Assembly (NCBI RefSeq): GCF_004010195.1
Contig: NC_057718.1
Location: forward strand, 48,966,198-48,986,197
DNA: 20,000 nucleotides
Source of the DNA: Chiloscyllium plagiosum
Lineage: Eukaryota
Direction: 5' to 3'
Under the pieces are notes generated by a model, which saw only the letters and a list, made by a program, of their open reading frames with translations, did no database searches and was not told the DNA's origin. Of this stretch, positions 10,225 to 20,000 are shown in pieces. A program made the position numbers and the translations under genes. Each line of letters starts with the position of its first letter. Within the stretch, counting starts at the first letter, position 1.

Positions 10225-10515
10225 GATCATATCATGGCTACAATACAGAAAGAGGCCAATCATCCCATCATGTTTGTGCCGGTCCTCTGAAGGGCCTATT
10301 CACCTCGTGCTCCTTCCCTTCCTATTCAAAGTAGGCCTTCACAATTTTCTTCTGCGGATAATGATTTAATTCCCTTTTTGAAACACTTCAGTTGAAACTG
10401 CTTCCACCACAATCTCAGACAGTGCATTCTAAACCCTAAACGCTCGCTGCTTGAAATGATTTTCCTTACGTCGTCAAGACTTAATTTACCGATTCCATTA
10501 AATCTGTGCCCTCTA
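10225..10515 (-). mobile_element. CR1 3' end inserted in the ancient CR1
   Basis: The minus strand gives RGHRF..ERLGFRMHCLRLWWKQ (frameshifted QRVVRxWNALPExVVEA) and tail GATGGGATGATTGGCCTCTTTCTGTATTGTA..ATGATATGAT. Confidence 0.7.
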
Positions 10516-10974
10516 GCTGTTCTATCTTTCTTCTTCAGAATGTCTTACAGCCATTCAGTGACCTTCCTGACTCTGTCACCATGGAGGCACCATACCATCC
10601 TAATGGTTGCAGGAATGTATATCTGTTCCTTTTACGATAGAATCTTTTTTCTTCTATTCCTTTTTTCTCCCCTCTTGTGCAACTTAGTCACTTCTAGTGC
10701 CACAGACTTGGCTTCTGACACATTCTGCTGAGAAACCATCTCCTCTAGCAGTCTCAAAAGTGGAAAATCTGTTAGAGAGAAAGAGAGAGAAAGAGACAGA
10801 CCCTGCATACTTGCCTGATCTTACTTACCAAGGCCACCACTTGTCTTGCATTGGGTCCTGATCCCACTTGATGAGTTTTCTTTCCCCATGAGGTCACTCT
10901 TGGATATTTTCAAAATTCACCCCTCTTGTAATTTCATAAACCAATGGTGAATGAGATTTTAACCCAAACATGAA

Positions 10975-11080
10975 CAGGAAATTGTAGACCAGTCAGCTTA
11001 GTAGCAGTGAAAAGAAAATTAATGGACTCTTTACAAAAAAAGAGAGACTACAACAGCTGGAAATAAGAAATATAGCAGTA
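10975..11080 (+). mobile_element. Ancient CR1 ORF2, segment 2
   Basis: Reads GNCRPVSLVAVKRKLMDSL, corresponding to PGNYRPVSLTSVVGKxMES (RT domain 1/2). Confidence 0.72.
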
Positions 11081-11310
11081 CTGTAGATATTGTTGTGAAG
11101 ATATGTTATCTAAAATATTACTTTATAATATCATTGTCTGGATATATTGGTTCATAAATTTATAATGTTATCAGCTAGAAATGTATGTATCTTGAGCTTT
11201 TTGAAGAGAATACTTTTCAAAGAAAAAGACGCTGGCTACTGCAGCAAAAATGCTGCATTTGTGATGAATACTCACTGCTTGAATGATGCCACTGAAACTG
11301 TAATGTTTTC

Positions 11311-11514
11311 AGACAGAGATGGAGGGTTGTTTTTTAGACTGGAGGCCTATGACCAGTGGTGTTTCATAGGGATCGGTGCTGGGTTCACTGTTGTTTGTCA
11401 ATTATATAAATGATTTGGATAAGAATTTAAGAGGCATGGTTGGTAAGTTTGCAGATAACACCAGACTTAGTGGTATAGTGGTATAGTTAACCAAGTAGGT
11501 TATCTAAGAATTGC
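11311..11514 (+). mobile_element. CR1 RT internal fragment, inverted relative to 11521-13546
   Basis: Reads EGCFLDWRPMTSGVS*GSVLGSLLFVNYINDLDKNLRGMVGKFADNT. Confidence 0.88.
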
Positions 11515-11520
11515 TTGTGT

Positions 11521-13546
11521 ATCATAGAGTCATACAGCACAGAAACAGACTCTTCAGTCCAACTCGTTCATACAGAGCATGTTTCCCAAACTAAGCTCGT
11601 TCCACTTGCCTGCATTTGGCCCATATTCTGTAAACCTTTCCAATTCATGTAGTTGTTCAAATTTCTTTTAAATGTTGTTACTGTACTGGCATCTACCACT
11701 TCCTCTGATAGTTTATTCCACATATGTACCATTTTTTGTGCAAAAAAGTTGCCCCTTAGGTCCCTTTTAAGACTTTCTCCTCTCACCTTAAAATTTTGCC
11801 CTCTACTTTTGAACTCCCTACCCTAGGAAAAAGACCTTTGCAATTCACTTTATCTATGCCCCTTATGATTTTATAAATGTTTTTAAGGTCACCCTTCAAC
11901 CTCCTATGCTCCAATGAAAGAACTCCCAGCCTATCCAGCCTCTCCTTATAATTCAAATCTTCCAATCCCAGTAACATCATTGTAAATCTTTTCTATACCC
12001 TCTCCAATTTAATAATATCCTTCCTATTGCTGATGACCAAAACTGTACATGTTACTCCAAAAGTGGCCTCACCAACATCCTTACAACTGCAACATAATGT
12101 CCCAACTCCTACACTCAATGGTCTGAGCAGTGAAGGCAAGTGGGCCAAATGCCCTCTTTACCACCCTGTCACCCTATAATGCAACTTTAAAAGAACTTTG
12201 TAACCGAACCTTTAGGTCTCTGTGGTTGACAACACTCCCCACGGCCCTACTATTAATTATGTAAGTGCAGCCCTTTTACATCACATCAAAATGCAACACC
12301 TTGCATTTATCCAAATTAAACTCCATCTGCCACTCCTCAGCCCTTGGCCCAATTAATCAAGATCCCTTTGCAATCTTAGATAACCTACTGATTATCTATA
12401 ACACTATACTAGTAATTTTGGTGTTATCTGCAAACTTATCAACAAGCCAATTTTGTAATCAATTGACAAGCTCTCCCTGAATCTCATGTGATCTAACCTT
12501 ACTAACTAGTGCATTACGCGGAACCTTGACAAAGGCCTTACTAAAGCCCATACAGACAACGTTTACTGCACTGACCTAATCTATCTTCTTGGTCACATCC
12601 TCAGAAAACTCAATCAAATGTGTGATTTCCCACTCACAAAGCCATGCTGGCTACCCATAATCAGTCCTTGCCACTTCAAATGCATGTAAACCCTGTCTCT
12701 CAGAATCTTCTCCAATAACTTACTCACCACTGCTGTCAGATTTATCAGTCTAAAGTTCCCAGGCTTGACTTTGCAGCCTTTCTTAAAAAACATTAGCCAC
12801 TTTCCAGTCTTTTAGAACTTCAACCGTGGCCCCTCAATTTCTTCCCACAAGTAGCTTCTCACAATGTCCTGGGATAGACTTGATCTGGTCCTGGAGATTT
12901 ATGTTTTTTTAAGTCCTCCAAACCTCTTCTTCTGTAATGTAGACTGTTTTCAAGATGTCAATATTCATTTCACTGATTTCCCTAGCCTCCATGTCTTTCT
13001 CCACTGTGAATAATAAAGCAAAATATTTGTTTACTATCATTCCTATCTCCTGTGATTCCACAAATTGATGATCAGGTTGATCTTTAAGGGGCCCTAGTCT
13101 CTTCCTAGTAGCCCTTTTGTTCTTAATGTACTTGTAGAATCTTGTTGGATTATCCTTAACCTTGCCCACCAAAGCTATCCCATATCCCGTTTTTGCCCTC
13201 CTGATTTCCCTCTTAACAATGTCCCTACACCCCTTTTAGTCTTCAAGAGATTCATTTGAATCCATTAATCTATACCTGACCTATGTCTCCTTCTTATTCT
13301 TGATCAAAGTCCCAATTTCTAATCATCCACTGTTCCTACCAGCCTTACCTTACACTTTAACATGAAATATGCTGCCTCTAAACTCTCATTATCTTACATT
13401 TGAAAGCCTCCCAGTGATCATGCCAGTCATCCCTTTACCTGCGAAGAGTTTACCTCAATCAACTTTGTGAAGCACCTGTCTTGTACCATCAAATTGGCCT
13501 TAATCCAATTTGGAACTTTAATTTTAATATAAGGCCTATCCTTTCC
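11521..13546 (-). mobile_element. CR1 LINE, ~2 kb, 5'-truncated and decayed
   Basis: Reads DRPYIKIKVPNWIKA, KVKDNPTRFYKYIKNKR..GPLKDQ, QHGFV, FSKAFVKVP, KFADNT, LEHRRLKGDL and RGNFFAQKMVHMWNKL, with tail (ATGACTCTATGAT) at 11521-11533. Confidence 0.94.
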
Positions 13547-14184
13547 GATTTGTTAAAAATCAATTGTGAACATACTCAAGCAGAAACTCTCTAAGAGAAA
13601 CAAACTTCTATTCTCTCTCCCTTTCTCAGAAACCCCTTTTTATTAAAATCTGTGAGTTTAAAACCTACTGGAACACATTGTTTCTACAAATGGAGAGAGA
13701 AATCTGAATCTAAACCACTGTCTATAGAAAAACAAAATTTAACCAGCCATAACTGACAAGAGAGAAATCCCAGCATCAATAACTTGCATGAAAAGTGGCT
13801 TTGGTTCCAGATCAGCATTTAAATGATCAATTATTTATCTTTTCACTTTGCTTGGACAAAGTTCTTCTGAGATAATACTCTGCAGAATTGTGCATTCCTT
13901 TCAGGCCTGGAAGGGGTTGGTGGTAAATATTATTTTCGGGAAAGGTAATTTGATGTTTGTACACTTTAAGCATGTTGTCAATATTTCTTGCAATTGTTTT
14001 GTGGAGTTTTTTGCAATATCTGCCAGTGGAAGGAATCTGACAGGTTGGTTTCTGAGACTGAGTCATATACAATCTAGTACATATGATTGACAATATCACC
14101 TCTCTTTTAAGTTCAAGATTTGTTGCAGTCAGTGGAGATTTCGCTTCAAGGAAAATAATCCTTCCTAATTCGGTTGTAGAAACA
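13547..14184. mobile_element. Unassigned insertion; possibly the distal part of a solo LTR whose proximal part is 11082-11310
   Basis: Non-CR1 sequence separates two colinear CR1 segments. The composite starts with TG (TGTAGA at 11082 or TGTGAAG at 11094) and ends ..GGTTGTAGAAACA at 14184. Confidence 0.3.
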
Positions 14185-14617
14185 ATTGACATGGATTCCA
14201 AAAAGAGAAACCTTGCTTTACTAACCTTATTGATTTTTGTCTTGCAACAATAACACTGAGGATGGACAATAGAATGCAGTAGCTTTAATTTGGATTTTTG
14301 AAACGTCTTTGATAAGATGCCCCATAACATATTAATAGCTATGATTAGAGAATTTGGAGTCAGGGAACAAGTAGCAAAATGGATTTCTAGTTGGTTTGAA
14401 GGTAGAAAGCAAAAAACAAGTAAAGAGTAGTTATTCAGAGTGACAGAAGGTGAAAGGTGGTGTTCCATAAGGATTAGTGTCAGGACCACTGCTTTTCAGA
14501 ATTTATATGAACAATTCAGACTTTGTAAACACAAATACAGTTTCTAAAATTTGTAGATAAGTCCAAATTGACAGTAAATAGTCAAGACTGAGGATGATCA
14601 TAACAAATTATAGGAGG
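14181..14617 (+). mobile_element. Ancient CR1 ORF2, segment 3 (segment 4 at 15134-15200)
   Basis: Reads HGFQKEKPCFTNLIDF..LDF*NVFDKMPH..WISSWFEGRKQ..GGVP*GLVSGPLLFRIYMN..KL*E and resumes as DINKFTEW at 15134. Confidence 0.85.
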
Positions 14618-15133
14618 TCCCTGCTATAGGAAGGATGTTCTGAAACATGAAGTGTTTCAGAAAAGATTTACAAAGATGTTGCCAGGGTTGGAGGGTTTGA
14701 GCTTCATAGAGAGAGGCTGAACATGCTGGGCCTGTTTTCCCTGGAGCTTTGGAGGCTGAGAGGGTGACCTTATAAATTCAAGAAGGCGGTGATTAGGGTA
14801 AAGAGTCAAGGTTGTTTCCCCAGGGTGGGGGAGTCCAGAACTAGAGGGCATAGGTTTAAAATGAGAGGGGGAAGATTTAAAAGGGACCTAAGGGGCATTT
14901 CTTTTCACTCAGAGGGTGGTGTGTGCATGAAATGAGCTGCTAGTGGAGGTGGTGGAAGTTGATATAATTATAACATTTAAAGAACATTTGGATGGGTATA
15001 TGAATAGGAAATGTTTAGAGGAATATGAACCAAGTGCTGGCAAATGGGACTAGATGAATGGAGAATATCTAGTTGGCATAGATGAGTTGGACTGAAGGGT
15101 CTATTTCCATACTCTACATTTCTGTGACTCAAT
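14618..15133 (+). mobile_element. Younger CR1 3' fragment (same tail type as 3102-3826)
   Basis: Reads RFTKMLPGLEGLS..LGLFSLELWRLRGDL..SRTRGHRFK..FTQRVV, with tail GGACTGAAGGGTCTATTTCCATACTCTACATTTCTGTGACTCAATGA. Confidence 0.92.
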
Positions 15134-15857
15134 GACATTAATAAGTTTACAGAATGGATTAAATAATTGGCCAATCAGGGTCAATGTAAGGAAATGTAAC
15201 AATTTTTGGTTGGCTGTCCCTCAATTCAAAGTTCCTCGATTCCTCTACTGTGTGATGTGAGTTTCTGCTATGGGCCTTGATGAGACTGAACAGGCTGATT
15301 CTCAACACACAGATCAGCGAGATATTCAAGAGAGAGTGGGATCTAGCTGCAAGAGTTTCTTCCTTTATGTTCCTTTTGTGTTGCCACTTTGCCTCATTAT
15401 TAAGATGATTTGACTCAAAGTATGATGCATTTTAATGTATAAGGGGATTCAATTTTGAAAGGTTGTAAGCAAGGGATTCCAATCAATAAAGTTAATGCTG
15501 CTGTTCTTCAAACAGAGTGTCTTGGAAGCATTTTCTTTGTCCTCCCCTGAACATTGGCCATAAAAGAATCGAGAAATAAGGATTTGGCAGGGACAGTGCT
15601 CTTTGAAATCTAAGCAGAGGATTTGATGTGCCTGTCCTGAAAATCTGTGAATTTGGCTTCAAGTAAGTTACTAGCACAGGTTCAATGGTCCTCCCACTGA
15701 ATTGGTGCGGTGGGGGTATCACTGATGGAATTTCTCTTGTGCCCTGAGGTGTTGCTGATACTCAGTTCAGGTTTCTGTGCAGTACAGATGTGTGATGTTG
15801 ACAACTGCTTTGAACATGACAATTTTTATTGTCTTACAGAGGTCTTTGTTTTCAAAC

Positions 15858-15953
15858 ACAAATAGAAATTGCCAGAAATGTCAGCAGGTGTGCTAGCATC
15901 TGTGGAGAGAAAACAGAGTTAACGTTTCGGGTCCAGTGACCCTTCCTCAGAAT
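15858..15953 (-). mobile_element. Solo PLE 3' terminus (~100 bp)
   Basis: The reverse complement TTCTGAGGAAGGGTCACTGGACCCGAAACGTTAACTCTGTTTTCTCTCCACAGATGCTAGCACACCTGCTGA..GCAATTTC is colinear with 7565-7655. Confidence 0.85.
15916..15953 (-). ncRNA. Minimal type-I hammerhead ribozyme motif, catalytic core intact
   Basis: ATT-CTGAGGA-A-GGGTC-ACTG-GACCC-GAAA-C-GTT-AACTC. It has CUGANGA, a perfect 5-bp stem II, GAAA, palindromic AACGTT stem III and a GUU triplet. Stem I is only 2 bp. Confidence 0.82.
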
Positions 15954-16426
15954 AATTCTATGGTTTCATGTATGTTTATGATGGTCAGTTTAGATTTGGC
16001 ATGGAGCCAAATAAGGTTAATGTGACTTCCACCTGGATAGTGTTTAATAGTGCCACCAGAGAGCAGTTGATGTTTGATGAGGTGAATAGCCAACATGATT
16101 TTGAAGATTTTGAAGCAGTCTATTTCAAATCTGCCACTCAAGACAGTTGCAGTCATATCATCTGGAATCATCTGGATAGAGATTTCATGGATATCCTAAT
16201 TTTTGTAGAACTTTCCACAGAGTTTTGTGATCTACCTGACCAATGTATTTAACTCAATAAGCGATTGTCAGGAATTATTCATGTTGCTATTCTTTACATT
16301 TTTCTCTCCATTTGTTTAGCAATAAAGATGATGTTGGAGGTTCCCCTGGTGAGCATGAATTCACACTCTGAGTGGTGTTTCCCCATTATTTTGTTTAAGT
16401 ACAGGGACAATCTCATTAGGTGGAGA

Positions 16427-16872
16427 CCAACGTCACTACGAAAACCCATTCATCTGTCTGCCAATGCACTCATTAGGAAGTCACAGGGGAGGGTGGCAGG
16501 TTTCTCAATGAATCACTAGTCTCTACATTGGAGTTCCAAGTTACCAGAAGCTGTCAGCCATTCTGGATTCTGAAATCCAGTTCCAGACCTGCTCCTCAGG
16601 AGATCCAGTGGCAAGAAGGGAAGTACAGTCACCCTAGGAGTCAAAATAAATTGTTGGGATGGCTTTTGGAGGCCATGGGTTGGGATGGGTGGGTAGCAAG
16701 TTAAGGAGGTTACCTCTGGGCTATCTCAGCCATAAGATACTTATTGCAGTGTTTAGTTTCCCCCAAGGATCAACCCACCCAATTATTTTCCCTTCGCATC
16801 CACTGGAAGGTGGAAAGCCACCCTCACAATCTCTGGGAAGAATGCTCAGCCATGGAATGGAGGTGATTCACG
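16427..16872. mobile_element. MITE-like non-coding insertion in the RTE
   Basis: Interrupts RTE homology. Flanked by GGAGA (16422-16426 and 16873-16877). Subterminal inverted match GAGGGTGGC (16489-16497) / GCCACCCTC (16817-16825), plus CCATTC/GAATGG. Confidence 0.45.
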
Positions 16873-17689
16873 GGAGAGAATGTGTATCAAAATATTCCTA
16901 GTGATGGACAAGTGGGAATGCCTCAATAGATTGATTCATATCTCTCTTTAAGGATAGTTCCAATTATCCATTCCTGAAGTTCTTTGTTCCTAAATCTACA
17001 GGACAAGTTCATGAAGTCTTGATGTGAGCAAGCTGAAGTACCATCAGACCATAGGCTTTGATGTATTTGCTGCTTCACGACTCTCCCATCCATGCTAGTT
17101 CATCCCTGGATTCTACCACAGGATACTGGCAATCCCCTGGAGAGTATTAGCTGCAACTATGTACCTACATTTGAGAAATTGTTGAGATTTTTTTATCCCA
17201 GCATCGAAGGTTGACATTTTGTCATCTTTACGAAGACAAGCTCCATTCTTTTGAGCAAAGGAGATTTTGTCCTTTTGACCTTGCTCTATAGATGGCGCTG
17301 GTGTCTTCCAAAATGCATCACATATCACGATGGGTTAGCATAATATCAGGTTTCTGAGGTTTTCTCTTCCCACCACATATCCTTTATCTTCTGCATTTGT
17401 ATTTCACTATCAGACTTGAACTATTGGAACTCTGTCTTGCTGATTTGTGACCCTTGATTATTCTGCAATATTCATTTTAGATCCAGGAGGTCACATGCTA
17501 AACCATGGTTTTTATTGAAGTTAGTCTTTGTGGGAACAATGCTTGAAGCCCAAGGTCTGGACACAGAAGTGAAGTACAGATGACTTAATTTGATCTGACT
17601 GTTCTGGAATTGAATGGGATGTGTGAAAATTTTCCTGATTAGTTGCAAGATATGCTTGGAACTCCTCTCTGTAGTCAGACTGATACAGG

Positions 17690-18225
17690 GCTAAGTTGAA
17701 TGGCAAGCAAGTGGGTGAGGGGATAGGATGATGGGTCAGTGGTTGATGAGGTGTGGTAGAAAGTGGATGAGGAATCAAGTGGCTGTTTGGTAAGAGATAA
17801 GTTCTAGGCAGGTGGATGAGGGGATAGGGTAGCAAGTAAGTTCCTGAGGCCGTTGTCTGTAAAATGGGTAAGGGGACAATATTCCAGTTGGGTGGATGCA
17901 GGTCCAAGGTGTCAGGTGGGTGGGTGAGAGGATTATGTGGCAGATAAGTGAGTGGGGGGAAGTAGGATAAGGTGTGAGATTGATAGTTGAGGTACTGAGA
18001 CAGATGGATAAGGTGGTCACTGCTGGGTGTGGGGCTAGGTTAAGATGGCAGGTGGGTGGCGATGGGTACAGTGCCAGGTGGGTCACGGCAAGATGGATGG
18101 TTGCTGGGATAGGGTGGTATGGCAGTGGATGAGAGCTTAAGATGGCAGGGAAATAGATGAAGGGCAAGGGGCCAAGTGAGATAGGGAATAGGGTGGCAGA
18201 TGGGTGCGAGGTCAATAATATAGTG
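17690..18225 (+). repeat. G/purine-rich low-complexity tract (degenerate minisatellite)
   Basis: Recurrent GGCAGGTGG(G/A)TG, GAGGGGATAGG and AGATGGAT motifs, with strong G-over-C skew. Confidence 0.75.
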
Positions 18226-18329
18226 AGCCAGGAGTTTTAATTTATCCAACGTTATCTCATTGGCTATTAAGATAAGTAAATTTCTGGCTTTAACTTCAAA
18301 GTGAGACTTTATTGAGGGTCCTAGATGCC

Positions 18330-19390
18330 ATCTAATTTGCTGTCTGGCAGAAGGCAGACAGTGGGGATAGAAGGGTCTTTTTCAGGGAGGCAGCTGGTGA
18401 CAAGTGATGTTCCACAAGGGTCAGTGTTGGGACCACGACTTTTCACTTTATACATTAATGATAGAGATGAAGGAACTGAGGTCATTCTGGCTAAGTTTGC
18501 AGATGAGACAAATAGTATTGAGGAGGTGGGGAGGCTGCAGAAGGATCTGGACAGATTTGGAGAGTGGGTAAAGAAGTGGCAGATGGAGTATAATGTGGGA
18601 AAGTAAGTTCACGCTCTTTGGTAAGAATAAGCGAAACATGGACTATTTTCTAAATGGGGAGAAAATCCAGAATTCTGAAGTGCAAAGAGAGTTGGGAGTT
18701 CTAATCCAGGATTCTCTCAAGGTAAACTTGAAAGTTGAGTCAGTATTTAGGAAGGCAAAGGCAATGTTGGCATTTATTTTGAGAGGACTTGAATATAAAA
18801 GCAGGAAAGTATTTTTGAGGCTCTATAAGGCTCTGGTCAGAGACGACAACTTGAATATTATGTGCAGTTTTGGGCCCCATACCTCAGGAAGGATGTACTG
18901 GCCCTGGAGAGTGTTCAGAGGAGGTTTGTAAGAATGGTCCCAGGATTGAAAAGCTTAACCTACGAGCAATGTTTGAGGACTCTAGGTTTATGCTTGACAG
19001 ACTTTAGGAGGATGAGGTGTGGATCTAATAGAAACTTACAGAATACTGAATGGCCTGGACAGAGTCAATTTTGGGAAGATGTTTCCATTGATAGGAGACA
19101 CTTGGACATGAGGGCACAGCCTTTGAGTAAAGAGAAGACCTGTAGAACGAAGATAAGAAGAAACTTCTGCAGCCAGAGAGTGGTGAACATATGGAATTCA
19201 CTGCCACAGAAAGCTCTGGCGGCCATGTCATTGAGTATATTTAAGACAGAGATATATAGGTTCTTGAATGTCAATGGGGATCAAAGGTTAGGGGGAGAAA
19301 GCAGGAGAATGAGGTTGAGAAACATATCAGTCATGATTGAATAGCAGAGCAGACTTGATGGGCTGAATGACCTAACTTCTGCTCCTATCT
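18330..19390 (+). mobile_element. CR1 LINE 3' ~1 kb (same tail type as 8536-8847)
   Basis: Reads GRRQTVGIEGSFS..VPQGSVLGPRLFTLYIND..KFADET, WQMEYNVGK, LYKALVR, QFWAPYLRKD and RRNFCSQRVVNIWNSLP, with tail GATGGGCTGAATGACCTAACTTCTGCTCCTATCT. Confidence 0.94.
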
Positions 19391-19747
19391 AAAGTTGAAA
19401 TGTCCCAGCATCCTTTGGGATACATTTAGTGTTAGAGTATCCAGAGAATTCAAGATTTGGGCCAATAAGTCTGTGCTGAGTTTGTTTTACAGAGGAAGCC
19501 ATTTGTATTGGCCTTGCCCATACTTTATGCATGAATGATTCTGTTCCACATGTTGGAATTACTGCCACTTCCTGCATTAAAGCCCCATGGAAGGGTGATT
19601 TTTCCTGTTAGGAAGACAGTGAGATGTTCAGCAATGACAGAATAGGACTTTTCCTTAATCAGAGTCAAGTGTCAGGAATAACCACTGATGTAGTGATATA
19701 TTGGATATAGCCAAAATGTACATGATGTATGATGGGATAACATATCT

Positions 19748-19845
19748 GTAACCTTCACCCGAACCTGAACTGTAACTCTAAACCTAAGGCCCAAGCCTAA
19801 CCCTACCCTAATCCTAAACTTAACTCAAGCTCTAATCCTAACCCT
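19748..19845 (+). repeat. Degenerate (CCCTAA)n-like hexamer tract
   Basis: ..AACCTAAGGCCCAAGCCTAACCCTACCCTAATCCTAAACTTAACTCAAGCTCTAATCCTAACCCT shows roughly 6-nt periodicity. Confidence 0.7.
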
Positions 19846-19887
19846 TTCGTTTATGCAACTAGGGAGTTCTGGCAAGGTATCCAGGAT

Positions 19888-20000
19888 CCGAAGTCGTGGT
19901 CCACATTGGCACCAATGACATATGTAGGAGGAGGGCTGAGGATGTTAGGCAGGCTTTCAGGGAGCTAGGTTGGAAGCTCAGAGTTAGAACAAACAGAGTT
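19888..20000 (+). mobile_element. CR1 ORF1 SGNH/GDSL esterase-domain fragment (continues beyond the window)
   Basis: Reads PEVVVHIGTNDICRRRAEDVRQAFRELGWKLRVRTNRV. VVHxGTND is SGNH block III, typical of CR1 ORF1p. Confidence 0.85.

Larger units (their letters stand above)
15207..18320 (-). mobile_element. Ancient RTE-clade LINE, fragmented by insertions at 15858-15953, 16427-16872 and 17690-18225
   Basis: Minus-strand motifs in order: EEFQAYL..CVQTLGFKHCSHKD; IKDMWWEEKTSE; SECEFMLTRGTSNIIFIAKQ (QCGFR..RGTxDMIF); LWKVLQKLGYP..DDMTATVLSG; FENKDL..KAVV..LYCTET*T..KFHQ; RGGQRKCFQDTL; RISLFSLIKAH; end GAGGGACAGCC. The 18225-18320 part is weakly supported. Confidence 0.8.

Noticed and set aside
13827..14489. 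220-aa minus-strand ORF as a novel gene
   Set aside because: About half is antisense to the decayed CR1 RT, and the rest crosses into a different insertion. It has no recognisable domain.
15968..16252. 94-aa plus-strand ORF with protein-like composition
   Set aside because: It is antisense to the RTE RT remnant (DDMTATVLSG).
17521..18249. Pro/His/Leu-rich ORFs
   Set aside because: They are by-products of the C-rich minus strand of the low-complexity tract, plus an RTE remnant.
1..20000. Prokaryotic systems (CRISPR array, retron, DGR, group II intron) suggested by the RT motifs
   Set aside because: All RT motifs belong to eukaryotic PLE, CR1 or RTE families. There is no operon structure or repeat-spacer array.

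Overview
This is vertebrate-type non-coding DNA made almost entirely of decayed, nested retrotransposons. The repeat mix resembles a cartilaginous fish (shark) genome; that assignment is my inference. I found no intact host gene and no intact transposon ORF: the listed ORFs are transposon remnants, their antisense shadows, or unassigned short ORFs. Contents: (i) Penelope-like elements (PLEs; RT plus GIY-YIG, with a Neptune-type Cys-rich linker): a head-to-head pair at 1-2300, an older copy at about 5862-7660, and a solo ~100-bp 3' end at 15858-15953. (ii) Many CR1-clade LINE fragments on both strands. (iii) One L2-type 3' end. (iv) A ~3-kb ancient RTE-clade LINE on the minus strand, split by three insertions. 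(v) Two possible solo LTRs, a MITE-like insert, a G-rich tract and a degenerate (CCCTAA)n tract. The most notable signal is three minimal type-I hammerhead ribozyme motifs at PLE 3' ends: 2255-2290 (+), 7563-7600 (+, core mutated) and 15916-15953 (-, core intact). Hammerheads in PLE termini are an established phenomenon, so this is a good catalogue item rather than a demonstrably new system. Boundaries are read by eye and are approximate.
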